A stretch of 32,000 nucleotides of DNA from Xylella taiwanensis (GCF_013177435.1 NZ_CP053627.1:2370001-2402000); one strand, 5' to 3'; positions 1 through 12,377 are shown, counted from the stretch's first letter. Notes: generated by a model not told the origin, from the letters alone. Numbers and translations are program-made.

Positions 1-432
1 ATGATGCTTTCTACCCCAGGTAAGATTTTCCTTGCAGGGAAACAGGGATAACTGACGCAGCAACCGGACGGGTACACCATGCAGCGTCACCGGACAACTG
101 ACCACCGGGCCATCAGAGACACAGCGTAGTACCCGCCGCACCGGAACCAGGCGATTAGCAGACAACGGCACAAACTCCGCCCGGCAACCCTGCGCTACCC
201 AAACGCCCTCAGGGTCCACATCCCAGCCGCTGCCGCGCGCACAACGGCTCCAGGACAGCTGGCGCACCAGTTGCACGCCATGATCCGTTAACATGGCGCA
301 ATGCACCCATTTCTGATCATACGACTCGCAGCGCACGACTGTAGGAAGTGCCTCGTCACGATCAGCAGCCATTCCAAACCAGGGAACACTTCCAAGTGCA
401 CATAGGAAGAGACTCCTCTTGATAGCATGCAC
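1..432 (-). CDS. Partial (C-terminus outside window) secreted Cys-rich repeat protein, resembles the DUF3011 family
   Basis: My translation of the minus frame ending at base 1 is open from the stop at 529-531 to the window edge, so it is absent from the ORF track. It reads ...MHAIKRSLFLCALGSVPWFGMAADRDEALPTVVRCESYDQKWVHCAMLTDHGVQLVRQLSWSRCARGSGWDVDPEGVWVAQGCRAEF / VLRCVSDGPVVSCPVTLHGVPVRLLRQLSLFPCKENLTWGRKHH... There are two copies of an RC.S..(n)C..(n)V.L.RQLS...C...W(G) unit after a signal-peptide-like N-terminus. The start is uncertain (GTG 432, ATG 486 or ATG 510) and none has a good SD. Confidence 0.55.
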   Translation of the reverse strand, partial: MHAIKRSLFLCALGSVPWFGMAADRDEALPTVVRCESYDQKWVHCAMLTDHGVQLVRQLSWSRCARGSGWDVDPEGVWVAQGCRAEFVPLSANRLVPVRRVLRCVSDGPVVSCPVTLHGVPVRLLRQLSLFPCKENLTWGRKHH

Positions 433-623
433 GGTCTGGGGAAAAATCTGCTTGCTGATACATGGGAATCCAACGATTGGGGCCATAAAGAAATCAATCA
501 GAATTCGCATTTTGGACAAACGTCCAAGTCAAGCGGCACCCGCGCAGATCAGGATTCCACAGCCCGGCGCTCATACGCCTCACCGGGGACGGTATCAACC
601 CGCCAGCAGACATGCAACGCAAG

Positions 624-1613
624 CTAAGCAGACATGAACGCAAACGCCAACACGTCGGCAATACTTGCGGTTTCACACATGGCCATCAGTAATCGGTCCA
701 CACCAACCGCTACCCCAGCACAATCCGGAAGCCGAGACAACACATCCAACAGATGTTCGTCAAGCGGGATCTGTGGCAACCCGCGTACGGCACGGACACG
801 ATTATCCTGTTGAAACCGGCGGCGCTGCTCAGCGGCGTCGTTAAGTTCGTGGTAACCGTTCGCGATCTCGTAGACGCCCAGGTATAGCTCGAAACGCTCG
901 GCCACCGGCGGATCGCTGGAACGGATCCGCGCCAACGCACACTGTGTGGCCGGCCAGTCGTGGACCACCGTGATGCGGTCAGCAGGGAAAGCCGGCTGGA
1001 TACGGTGCGTCATCAGCAGGTCGAGCCAATCGTCACGGCCCAATCCATCCGGATCGATCTCCACCGCGTCCAGGGCGTGGCGCAGTACTGTCTCCGGCGC
1101 CAGCATCGGATCGACTCCGAGCATGTCAAGGAACATCTGGCGATACGTGGTGACATGCAACGCCGCCTTGCGTTCCACCAGAGCCAGCGCTTCACGGACC
1201 AACGCGGTGGTTTCCTCAGCCAGGCGGCGGTGATCCCAACCCACCCGATACCACTCCAGCATGGTGAACTCGGGATTATGACGCCCGCCCGCCTCCCCAT
1301 TGCGGAATACCCGCCCCAGTTCGTAGCAATCGCCCACACCGGCAGCGAGCAGGCGTTTCAAGGGATATTCCGGCGAGGTACGCAGCCAACGTTGCGCTGC
1401 CCCAGCATCACGATGACCAATAAAGCAGGTATGAAAGCTCTCGATATTCGGCTCGGTATTGCCGGCCGCTGACAGGAGCGGTGTCTCCACTTCCAATACA
1501 TCACGGTCTGTAAAAAAGCGTCGGATCGCTGCGTTCAGCCGGGCGCGCAGCCGCAGGGTTTCCATGGGCGTCATCGACATCTCTCGCTCAAACGACGGCT
1601 GAGCAGGTCGCAT
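624..1613 (-). CDS. epmA: Elongation factor P--(R)-beta-lysine ligase (GenX/PoxA, class II LysRS paralog lacking the anticodon domain)
   Basis: The 329-aa ORF carries class II aaRS core motifs (RRFFTDRDVLEVETP, FRNGEAGGRHNPEFTMLEWY, GVAVGVDRL) and aligns end to end with E. coli EpmA as I recall it. The N-terminal 'QPS' matches the EpmA WQPSA region, which favours ATG 1613. Alternative starts are 1580 and 1574; 1574 would give an ATGA overlap with the upstream GNAT stop. Confidence 0.9.
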   Translation of the reverse strand: MRPAQPSFEREMSMTPMETLRLRARLNAAIRRFFTDRDVLEVETPLLSAAGNTEPNIESFHTCFIGHRDAGAAQRWLRTSPEYPLKRLLAAGVGDCYELGRVFRNGEAGGRHNPEFTMLEWYRVGWDHRRLAEETTALVREALALVERKAALHVTTYRQMFLDMLGVDPMLAPETVLRHALDAVEIDPDGLGRDDWLDLLMTHRIQPAFPADRITVVHDWPATQCALARIRSSDPPVAERFELYLGVYEIANGYHELNDAAEQRRRFQQDNRVRAVRGLPQIPLDEHLLDVLSRLPDCAGVAVGVDRLLMAMCETASIADVLAFAFMSA

Positions 1614-2044
1614 TTGTCATCGCAGTACCCGAACTCCAGGTACAACTGCTTGGCGCCCTTGTTATGGTGGCTCACCTCCATCCGCAGCAGATCGAAACCG
1701 AGTGCCTTTACCCGTGCCTCCACATGAGCGAGGGCTTGATGGCCCCAACCATGCCCACGGACAGCCGGTTCCAGGTAGAGCCCGTCAAGCCATACATAGT
1801 GCCCTCCCACCTCGACACTGAAACACAGCGTCAACACCGCATAGCCGACGACCTCGCCATCTGGAGCCAGCCACAACAGCACCTCGCCTAATCCAGGATC
1901 GGCCAGGAGAGTACGCAAAGCACCCAAAGGACGGGCCGCGTCAAACGCAATCGCATCCTCAACATAAAAACGGCGCATCATTGCCACCAGGACGGGCTCA
2001 TCCCCAGGCGCAGCCACCCGCCACTCCAAAAGTGCCGTTTTCAT
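1571..2044 (-). CDS. GNAT family N-acetyltransferase
   Basis: The acetyl-CoA-binding core VRGHGWGHQAL and the C-terminal NKGAKQLYLEFGY are typical of GNAT proteins. I trimmed the ORF-track start (2164) to ATG 2044 (MKTALLEW...) because the extension overlaps the ligA 3' end. The trimmed product is 157 aa. Confidence 0.8.
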   Translation of the reverse strand: MKTALLEWRVAAPGDEPVLVAMMRRFYVEDAIAFDAARPLGALRTLLADPGLGEVLLWLAPDGEVVGYAVLTLCFSVEVGGHYVWLDGLYLEPAVRGHGWGHQALAHVEARVKALGFDLLRMEVSHHNKGAKQLYLEFGYCDDKCDLLSRRLSERCR

Positions 2045-2054
2045 ATCTGTCGCT

Positions 2055-4604
<2,550 letters not shown>

Positions 4605-5807
4605 TTACGGCACCTCAAAGACCGCAACGCTCCGGATGGTCACTCGCAAGGACGGTTTCTCTCTCACTGCACTCTATATCCGTTCAACCCGTTACCGGGA
4701 GCATGGGTCAAGTATCGCCTTCAAGCAGGGGGTGCTATGACGGCATCAGGCCATCAGTCTCTGACGCAGACTGACAGCAAGGGCAATGGACCTAAATACA
4801 ACCGCATGGTCTGGGCAAGGCGGGCGATACCAAGTACCGCGATACCACCTACCGTTTTATCGAAACAAGATTGTAGATTGGATGTACAGGGCCTTCTCTG
4901 AGATAACCTGCCTGCTGAGCTGGGCACATGGCACCTGCTCCTCAAACGCTTGCCCGATCAGGTCAGCGAGAGATGTTCCAAGGCCTGTTCGATGCGATGC
5001 GCCTACTTTCAGACATGGAAAGATACAGCGGTCAAGGTCATGATCGTGAAGGCACTCCGACGCAGTCAGGGCACACAAAAAGGAATTGGGGACTCAGGCA
5101 CCCACCGTTCCCGGGATGATCTGCCCAAAACACTCTATGCATTCAGCACTGTGTTGCGCCCCCACCACGGTGTCATTCCCCTTGATCCCTGTGCAAGGAG
5201 TCAATCACCAGGAAACGCTTTGATAGCGTGCTTGCCAATCAGGCCTTGAAGGTCACGATGCAGCAGTACAGCGGACCAACGGTGATTCGAGAAAGATTGC
5301 ACGAGGAGCTTCAAAAAATCAGTGCGATACGACCGCCTTCAGGGGTAAGAGCCGCGCCCGCCTGGAGCAGTGCCAGGCCGATGTAGCGCAGTAAGTGCAT
5401 GACTGTCCAAGCTTTGAGGCGATGGTCGCTGCGTCCGCATCCACAACACACCCCATGTTGGGTTAACGCCGATGATGCCTGCGAGGTAAAACGGATAACC
5501 GCTGCCCCGAACGGCAGATTGATGACTGCACGCTTGATCACTTAACCAAGGCAATCATCTGACCAAGCAAGGCAATGCCTCTGCATTCAAGCAACACAGA
5601 AGCCTGAGTGATCCGGCTGATGAGACATAGGGAGGATACGTTGCGCTCCGTCCATCTCACGATAGCCGGTATGACAACCAGACCTCCTCATGTTCACCCA
5701 TGCGAGAGAGTCATCATGAAGTGCCTGGTGCTGGTGGTCTCTGACATACAGTGCATCGCGGATGCGTACAAGACGACGACTCCACGTCGAGCTTTGTTTA
5801 CCTTTGT

Positions 5808-6539
5808 TTACCAGCGTGAACCCTTGGTCAATGGAGGCGCTTGATGTTGGCGGTCGTAGGCACGCAGTTCGTCACGGATGTGGGCAATGCGCTGGCGGCT
5901 CAGTGCATTACGGCTTTCATCCAACACCACACCATCGAGCAGCTCGGCCATACGCTGCACGGTAGGCAGCATTTTCTCCCAGGCATCGAGTGCGGTCATT
6001 GGTGCCGGCAACGTCAAGAAAAATGAAATCGCCGGGATCTGCATCTCGCGGATGTGGGCCATATCGAAACTGCCAGGTTTCAGAATGCTCGCCATGCTGA
6101 AGATCGGCCCACGCTCCGGATAGCCCTCAACCAAACGGTGAAATACATTCATGTATCCGAAGATCATCCCGGTTTTCTCCGCGGCCACCACAATGTCCTC
6201 GCCGCGGAGCACTTGCTCTGCCTTCGCCGCAACGAACAGCAGGATGATCTTGTCAAAGTCCTGGCTGGGCCGCTTACCCAATTCAGCATCCCCAGGTTTA
6301 GTGGCCGCAGGACTTATTTCCTCCTGCAGAACCGGCACATTTTCCTCATCCAGCCCTCCGGGCGAGGAGGTGTCCGCCTCGGTAGATATCATTGGCTCAC
6401 GCCGTTCGCGTAGCGGCTCCTCTGGTTTCATCCGAGCTCCCTGAGCCGATGTCTTGGGCCTACTGAACAGGAAGATAGCCGCAACGAACAGCATTCCTAC
6501 AATCGCGATCCCAATGCGCAACAGGGTGATGTCAGACAT
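5808..6539 (-). CDS. zipA: Cell division protein ZipA
   Basis: It has an N-terminal TM helix (LLRIGIAIVGMLFVAAIFLF), a charged Pro/Glu-rich linker and a C-terminal FtsZ-binding-type domain. A GGAGGG SD lies upstream, and the gene sits in the conserved smc-zipA-ligA context. Confidence 0.85.
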   Translation of the reverse strand: MSDITLLRIGIAIVGMLFVAAIFLFSRPKTSAQGARMKPEEPLRERREPMISTEADTSSPGGLDEENVPVLQEEISPAATKPGDAELGKRPSQDFDKIILLFVAAKAEQVLRGEDIVVAAEKTGMIFGYMNVFHRLVEGYPERGPIFSMASILKPGSFDMAHIREMQIPAISFFLTLPAPMTALDAWEKMLPTVQRMAELLDGVVLDESRNALSRQRIAHIRDELRAYDRQHQAPPLTKGSRW

Positions 6540-6596
6540 TCAGTATCCCTCCAGCGATGCGCTTACCCAGCATCTTATCGGCACAAGCATGGCACG

Positions 6597-9500
6597 TCAG
6601 CGTCCGTCCACCAAACGGGCAGCTTCGGCCAAGTCGACGCTGACCAGGCGGCTCACACCGGGTTCACGCATCGTAACGCCGGAGAGTTGCTGCGCAGCTT
6701 CCATCGTCGCCTTGTTGTGACTGACGAAAAGGAACTGCACTTTCTCACTCATCTCCTTCACCATGCTGGCCAGGCGCCCCACATTGGCTTCGTCTAGGGG
6801 GGCATCCACCTCATCGAGCAGGCAGAACGGCGCCGGGTTGAGCTGGAAGATGGCAAACACGAGTGCGACTGCTGTCATCGCCTTTTCGCCGCCGGACAGT
6901 AACGAAATGTTGGAGACGCGCTTGCCTGGGGGCCGTGCCATGATCGCCACACCGGTGTCGAGCAGATCTTCACTGGTTAACTCCAGATAAGCATGACCAC
7001 CACCGAACAAACGGGGATACAGTGCCTGCAAACCGGCATTGACACGATCGAAAGTCTCCTTAAAGCGGCCACGGGTTTCTCGGTCGATTTTGGAGATGGC
7101 CTCCTCCAGTGTTTGCAGTGCAACCGTCAGGTCGGCATGCTGCGCTTCCAGGTACTCCACGCGCTGCGCGGCCTCGTTGTACTCGTGAATCGCCGCCAGA
7201 TTGACCGGCTCCAAACGGCGTATGCTTATATCCAGTTGGTCTATCGCCACCTCCCACTCCGCCGGGTTAGCTGCCTCAGGGAGTCCATCGACGACGTCCT
7301 GTAACACGAAACCGGCTTTCTCCACCGCCGCCTGGCGCTGCTCAGCGCTGAATGCCAGCGCCTGTTGATCGAGCCGACATTGAGACATACGCTCGCGCTG
7401 TGCCAGGGCCTGCTCATCGCGTTGCTGGCGGGTTTGCTCGAACTGGCGCAATTCGGTGTCAATGCCATCAAGCCGGGTGCGTGCCTCGATCAAAAGGCGC
7501 TCGGTGCGTATCCGCTCGCTCAGGGCCGCCTGATGTTGCTGCTCCAGCACCTCTACTGGCGAGTCACCTTCACTGAGTTGGGTCATCAGTTCCTCCAAGC
7601 GTGCGTCGAGCTGGCCTCGCTGGCTATCCATACGCTCCAATGTCTGGCTCAATGACACCATTTGGGTACGTTGGGACTCTAAGGTCAACGCCAACGCATG
7701 CATCGCATCACGCACGTTGCGTGCCGCTTCACGCGCCTGGTCACGGGTCTCGTTGAGCTGGTGGCGCTCAGCATCCAGAGCCTGACGCCGCCCCTCCAAA
7801 TCACACATGCGGGTCACTGCGTCATCAAGTTTGGCGCGCGCAGCACGCGCTTGGTCACAGCTGGCGTCCAACGTCTCAAACAATTGGGCGATTTCGGCTT
7901 CAATGTGCTGGATACGGCCTCGCGCCGCCTCCAGTTTGCCGCGTTGGGCCTGTCGCTGACCGGCCAATTCGGAGACACCACGATGCGCAATGTACAGTTG
8001 CCGCTGTGCATCTTCGCGGTGCTGCTCCGCCATCAACAAGTGGTCGCGGAAACCTGCCAGACGATGTTCTAACTCGGCTTCGCGCTCTTGCAGCGTCTCG
8101 ATCTGCACGCGCAGCGCTTGGATCTCGCGCTCCCGCAGCAATGCGCCTTGCTCAGTCGCCCCCGAACGCGACACCCGGACCCAACCTTTACCCAAGCATT
8201 CACCGTTGCGGGTGATCACCCAATCGCCCTCACCCAGGTGTGCTTGCAGGGCCCGCGCAGCCGCCAAATCCTCAGCACCGTGCAGATGCGTGAGCAAACG
8301 GCGGATCGCCATAGGTCCCTTGACTTTAGCCGCCAGCGATGTCGGGGCGACATGCATAGCTGTATCCGTGTCAGCCACCAAGGCGATGTGACCTTCACGC
8401 AGTGCGTGCAATGCCTCAATCAAAGTCCCCGGATCGTCAACAAGGACGCCTTCGATCAACGGACCAAGGGCGCTTTCAAGGGCGTTCTCCCAGCCGCTCT
8501 CGACACGAATACGCTCTCCCACGCGCGCGGCTGCATCCAATCCATGCGCCTGCAACCACGTCATGGCCGCCCCCTGTTCCTGGCCAAGCGCGGCCTGTTG
8601 TAGTGTCTCCAATGAAGACAAGCGGCCTCGCGCAGTTTGGGCTTGTTTGCGAACATCGGCTAGTTCAGTCTGAGCGGTGCGCTGCTGGTGCTGTACCTCA
8701 GCCACTGTCTGTTTACGCTGTTCGACTTGGTCGTTAAGCCCGTCCAGTGCTGCTTTCTGGGTCTCGTAATGCACTTCGATCTGCTCAAACGCTTCGGCCA
8801 ATGCGTCCAGATCGAGCCCAGCACGTTCCGCGAACAGTACCTCACGCCGCCGCTCAGCATCCAAGGCCTGACGGTCAAGATAATCGACACGGGTGCGCTC
8901 GACCTCACCGGCACGCGATGCCTCACTGGTATCCCGGTTGTGCATGTCCCAACGCTGCTGCCAATCTGTCAGTGCAGTCTCAGCCTCGCGCAGGGCGTCC
9001 TGTTTGAATTCGTTTTGCTCGTGCAACACCTGTAACTGGGGCTCGTTGCTTGCGACCGCCTCACGTAACACGGCCAATCTGGCGACATCGTCCCCCATGT
9101 GGCGCGTCAGCTCGATGAGTTGGTGCTGTGCTTCATCGCGTGCTTTATGCAAACGCTGTGACATCTCGCGCTGATGCTGAATCTGTTGTTCAATGCGGGC
9201 CAGTGTGGCACCCACTTGATAGACATCGGCCTGTGCAGTCGCCAACGCTTCCGCAGACTCTTCTCGACGCACACGCGAGGTCTCGATCCGCATCTCAGCC
9301 TCGCGTTGCTCAGCGAGCAACTGCTGCAACCGGGTCTCCTCCTGGAGTGATGTCTGACGCAAGACATGCAGACGTCTGTCCAAATCACGAAACTCCAATG
9401 CCTTCCACTGTGCATCTTTGCCACGTCGCTCTTCTTGCAGTGCCTGATACTGCTCAGCCTGACGGGCCTGGCGCTTGAGGTGTTCGAGCTGCTTACCGAT

Positions 9501-10100
9501 CTCCTCACGCAAATCGTTAAGGCGATCCAGATTCTCTCGGGTATGACGGATCCGGCTCTCGGTCTCTTTGCGCCGTTCTTTGTATTTGGAGATACCTGCG
9601 GCTTCCTCAAGATAGATACGCAGATCTTCAGGGCGCGCTTCAATGATCTGGCTGATCATGCCCTGCTCAATGATGGAGTAGCTGCGCGGCCCCAAACCAG
9701 TCCCCAGGAACAAGTCGGTAATATCGCGGCGGCGGCACTTGGTGCCGTTAAGGGAGTAGGCACTGGAGCCATCACGGCTGACGGTACGTTTGACCGAAAT
9801 TTCGTTGAACGCCGCGAATTCCCCACTGATCGTGTGGTCGCTGTTGTCGAAGATCAGCTCGACTGTGGCCTGTGCTACCGGTTTACGCGCCGAAGACCCG
9901 GAAAAAATCACGTCGGTCAGCGAATCTCCGCGCAACCGGCTTGCCGAGCTTTCGCCCATCACCCAACGCACGGCGTCGATAATGTTGGACTTGCCGCAGC
10001 CATTCGGACCAACGATACCAGTCATGTTGGTAGGCAGATGAAGCGTGGTGGGATCGACAAACGATTTGAAACCGGACAGCTTGATCGTGGACAGGCGCAT
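6597..10100 (-). CDS. smc: Chromosome partition protein Smc
   Basis: The N-terminal Walker A (MRLSTIKLSGFKSFVDPT...GPNGCGKSNIIDAVRWVMGE), long heptad coiled coils, a central hinge, the C-terminal signature LSGGEKAMTAVALVFAIF and Walker B LLDEVDAPLD are all present. I trimmed the start from 10310 to ATG 10100 because the track extension runs through the rplI terminator. Confidence 0.95.
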   Translation of the reverse strand: MRLSTIKLSGFKSFVDPTTLHLPTNMTGIVGPNGCGKSNIIDAVRWVMGESSASRLRGDSLTDVIFSGSSARKPVAQATVELIFDNSDHTISGEFAAFNEISVKRTVSRDGSSAYSLNGTKCRRRDITDLFLGTGLGPRSYSIIEQGMISQIIEARPEDLRIYLEEAAGISKYKERRKETESRIRHTRENLDRLNDLREEIGKQLEHLKRQARQAEQYQALQEERRGKDAQWKALEFRDLDRRLHVLRQTSLQEETRLQQLLAEQREAEMRIETSRVRREESAEALATAQADVYQVGATLARIEQQIQHQREMSQRLHKARDEAQHQLIELTRHMGDDVARLAVLREAVASNEPQLQVLHEQNEFKQDALREAETALTDWQQRWDMHNRDTSEASRAGEVERTRVDYLDRQALDAERRREVLFAERAGLDLDALAEAFEQIEVHYETQKAALDGLNDQVEQRKQTVAEVQHQQRTAQTELADVRKQAQTARGRLSSLETLQQAALGQEQGAAMTWLQAHGLDAAARVGERIRVESGWENALESALGPLIEGVLVDDPGTLIEALHALREGHIALVADTDTAMHVAPTSLAAKVKGPMAIRRLLTHLHGAEDLAAARALQAHLGEGDWVITRNGECLGKGWVRVSRSGATEQGALLREREIQALRVQIETLQEREAELEHRLAGFRDHLLMAEQHREDAQRQLYIAHRGVSELAGQRQAQRGKLEAARGRIQHIEAEIAQLFETLDASCDQARAARAKLDDAVTRMCDLEGRRQALDAERHQLNETRDQAREAARNVRDAMHALALTLESQRTQMVSLSQTLERMDSQRGQLDARLEELMTQLSEGDSPVEVLEQQHQAALSERIRTERLLIEARTRLDGIDTELRQFEQTRQQRDEQALAQRERMSQCRLDQQALAFSAEQRQAAVEKAGFVLQDVVDGLPEAANPAEWEVAIDQLDISIRRLEPVNLAAIHEYNEAAQRVEYLEAQHADLTVALQTLEEAISKIDRETRGRFKETFDRVNAGLQALYPRLFGGGHAYLELTSEDLLDTGVAIMARPPGKRVSNISLLSGGEKAMTAVALVFAIFQLNPAPFCLLDEVDAPLDEANVGRLASMVKEMSEKVQFLFVSHNKATMEAAQQLSGVTMREPGVSRLVSVDLAEAARLVDGR

Positions 10101-10258
10101 AGGCTGAAGGTTCCAGGCGCAACGGGTTGACAGCGCCCAAACGTAAGGAGTTCCGGGGGAAATGGGTTCCCAGGGGATCATGCGCCGCAGCTGCACGACC
10201 ACCACACCGATAAAAGTGAGCGGAGTATAGCCGCCGCAGATAGAACACGGGGACAACA

Positions 10259-10293
10259 ACGAAAAATGCGACGGGCGCTTTGAAGCGCCCGTC
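10259..10293 (-). terminator. Rho-independent terminator downstream of rplI
   Basis: On the minus strand the sequence reads GACGGGCGC-UUCAAA-GCGCCCGUC, a 9-bp GC-rich stem, followed by GCAUUUUUC. It starts 24 nt after the rplI stop. Confidence 0.6.
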
Positions 10294-10316
10294 AGACACG
10301 ATGGAGGCAACCCTAA

Positions 10317-10766
10317 TCAGGTCCCAGCCTGAACAATCACCTTGACAGTACTTTCAACATCAGCGTGCAGGTGTAGCAGCACCTCGTACTCGCCGATCAA
10401 ACGGAAAGCACCATCGCCAAGAATGACCTCGTTCTTTTCAAGCGGTAAGCCCGCGGAAGTGAACGCTTCGGCGATGTCGCGAGGCCCCACCGAACCATAC
10501 AACTTGCCCTCGGTAGAGGCATGGGCAGAAATAGTCACGCTGGCCCCCTCAAACTTGGCGGCACGCGCCTGAGCCTGATCCAGCTGAGACTTGGCTTTGG
10601 CTTCATACTCAGCACGCTTCGCCTGAAAGGCAGCCACATTGGCTTCCGTCGCAGGGACAGCCTTACCTTGTGGGATCAAGAAGTTGCGGCCATAACCTGA
10701 CTTGACAGTGACTTTGTCACCCAAGCTACCTAAGTTGGCCACTTTTTGTAGCAAAATCAGTTCCAT
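10317..10766 (-). CDS. rplI: 50S ribosomal protein L9
   Basis: [40 protein letters not shown] is nearly identical in pattern to the E. coli L9 N-terminus. I took the second of two tandem ATGs (10766); 10769 is also possible. Confidence 0.95.
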   Translation of the reverse strand: MELILLQKVANLGSLGDKVTVKSGYGRNFLIPQGKAVPATEANVAAFQAKRAEYEAKAKSQLDQAQARAAKFEGASVTISAHASTEGKLYGSVGPRDIAEAFTSAGLPLEKNEVILGDGAFRLIGEYEVLLHLHADVESTVKVIVQAGT

Positions 10767-10920
10767 CATCGTGTTCCGTTATTCGTTAGCGCCAGGAGCT
10801 GAAACGACGCAACGTATGCTGTCCGAATAGGACGGGAAAGATATCGATATTTCAGGGTGTTTCACGTCGGAAGCACGGCCAGGGAGGACCAGCGTCCCAC
10901 GCTCAGACACCCCTCATCAT

Positions 10921-11151
10921 CTAAATATCATGGTTATCGGTATACGGAATCAACGCAAGGAAACGCGCACGTTTCACTGCGGTCGTCAATTGACGCTGGT
11001 ATTTCGACTTTGTACCGGTCACACGACTTGGCACGATTCTGCCATTTTCAGTCAAATACTGGCGCAACGTATTGAGATCTTTATAGTCGATCTCTTTCAC
11101 GCCCTCGGCAGTGAATTTGCAGAATTTGCGGCGGCGGAAGAACTTGGACAT
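10921..11151 (-). CDS. rpsR: 30S ribosomal protein S18
   Basis: The 76-aa product [47 protein letters not shown]...[12 protein letters not shown] is a canonical S18. Confidence 0.97.
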   Translation of the reverse strand: MSKFFRRRKFCKFTAEGVKEIDYKDLNTLRQYLTENGRIVPSRVTGTKSKYQRQLTTAVKRARFLALIPYTDNHDI

Positions 11152-11163
11152 GACGGGCGCTCC

Positions 11164-11595
11164 TTAAGCAGCTTCGGCGTTGCCGCCATCGTTATCATTG
11201 TCATTGGATATGGCGACCTCACCACTTTCATCGTCGTCACGGCGGCGGCGCTCAGGCTTGTCGCCTTTGTCGTCCTTGCTCTTCATGATCAGCGACTGCT
11301 CGGTATCCGGGCCACTGCGTTTAATCACCAAGTGACGCAAAATCGCATCGTTAAAACGGAATAAATCGGTCAGCTCATTCAAGACAGGCTGACCAACCTC
11401 AATGTTCATCATGAGATAGTGCGCCTTGACTAGGTTCTGAATGGGATAGGCCAACTGGCGGCGCCCCCAGTCTTCCAAGCGATGAATCTTGCCTTGGCCG
11501 TTCTCGATCAGCGACTTATAGCGCTCGAGCATGGCCTGAACCTGTTCGCTCTGGTCCGGATGGACCAATAGCACAATTTCGTAATGACGGCTCAT
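11164..11595 (-). CDS. rpsF: 30S ribosomal protein S6 (with acidic C-terminal tail)
   Basis: [19 protein letters not shown]...[14 protein letters not shown] is canonical S6. A D/E/N-rich tail follows. The stop lies 12 nt upstream of the rpsR start. Confidence 0.97.
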   Translation of the reverse strand: MSRHYEIVLLVHPDQSEQVQAMLERYKSLIENGQGKIHRLEDWGRRQLAYPIQNLVKAHYLMMNIEVGQPVLNELTDLFRFNDAILRHLVIKRSGPDTEQSLIMKSKDDKGDKPERRRRDDDESGEVAISNDNDNDGGNAEAA

Positions 11596-11820
11596 TTTTT
11601 AGTGACCTTTCGGATGTGGCCCTGATTAGGGCAGACAGCTCCCCGGCAACGCCGGTGGAGCAAGGGCTCCCCGCCAGGAATCAGGCATAGGGCGCGCGAG
11701 TATGGCGGTTCCTTGCTCTCACCGCAAGAAGGCGCATTGCTCCTCAATACAACACTGATCGGTTCACATCCAGATCAGGCGCAGCAGAAATAGGTCAATT
11801 CGGGCCCGGTGAGAGAACGA

Positions 11821-12159
11821 TCAAGCCTTATCGATCTCCGTGGTGAAGCTCTCGCCACAACCACATTCAACGATGGCGTTGGGATTAACGAAGGTAAATG
11901 TTTCGCTCAACCCGCGTTTACTGAAGTCGATACAGGTACCGTCAACCAACGGCAAGCTGTGTGCATCAACAAAGATCCGTACTCCGTCCTGCTCGAAGAC
12001 ACTGTCGCCTTCGCGCTGTTCGCGCGCCAAGTCAGTAAAATGACCCCAGCCGGAACAGCCGGTACGGGTGACGCCGAAACGCAGTCCCAACGTACCAGGA
12101 GTCTGCTGGATAAAACGACGGACACGATTCAAAGCAACGGGGGTCAAGGTGACAGTCAT
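11821..12159 (-). CDS. Iron-sulfur cluster assembly accessory/insertion protein (HesB/IscA/ErpA family)
   Basis: The 112-aa product has the family's three Cys ligands (GCSGWG ... ECGCGESF) and the IscA-like stretch LRFGV..TGCSG. I trimmed the start from 12228 to ATG 12159 (MTVTLTPVALNRVRRFI). Confidence 0.85.
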   Translation of the reverse strand: MTVTLTPVALNRVRRFIQQTPGTLGLRFGVTRTGCSGWGHFTDLAREQREGDSVFEQDGVRIFVDAHSLPLVDGTCIDFSKRGLSETFTFVNPNAIVECGCGESFTTEIDKA

Positions 12160-12377
12160 TAGGACACTCCAAACACTCTGCTGCCATTCTAAGGTGAATT
12201 GCACAGTATAGCGGCAGTGCGGCGGCACTTCCCGGAAGACCTTGCGAAATATTGAGGGCGTGGTGGTCGGATCATTCAGCCAAAACGCATATTCAACCGC
12301 ATCGCCGCACCAAGGCCATCACGATACACTCGCGCGTTCAAAAATAAAGATTCACTACGACTTTAAGGTGGAGTGTC

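Noticed and set aside
5311-5541. A minus-strand 76-aa ORF with an H.LR...LL..GA.L-like stretch that I considered calling as a tyrosine recombinase pseudogene.
   Set aside because: The match covers about 17 residues only, lacks the LGH...T..Y catalytic tail and could be chance. I kept it only as a hint inside the finding on the 4584-5807 wedge, not as a feature.
10101-10310. N-terminal extensions in the ORF track: smc to 10310, tsf to 26046, rpsB to 27120, response regulator from 23919, GNAT to 2164, pyrD from 17563, HesB to 12228 and ligA to 4583 (TTG).
   Set aside because: The conserved protein N-termini begin at internal ATGs. The extensions overlap neighbouring genes or a terminator, or have no homology.
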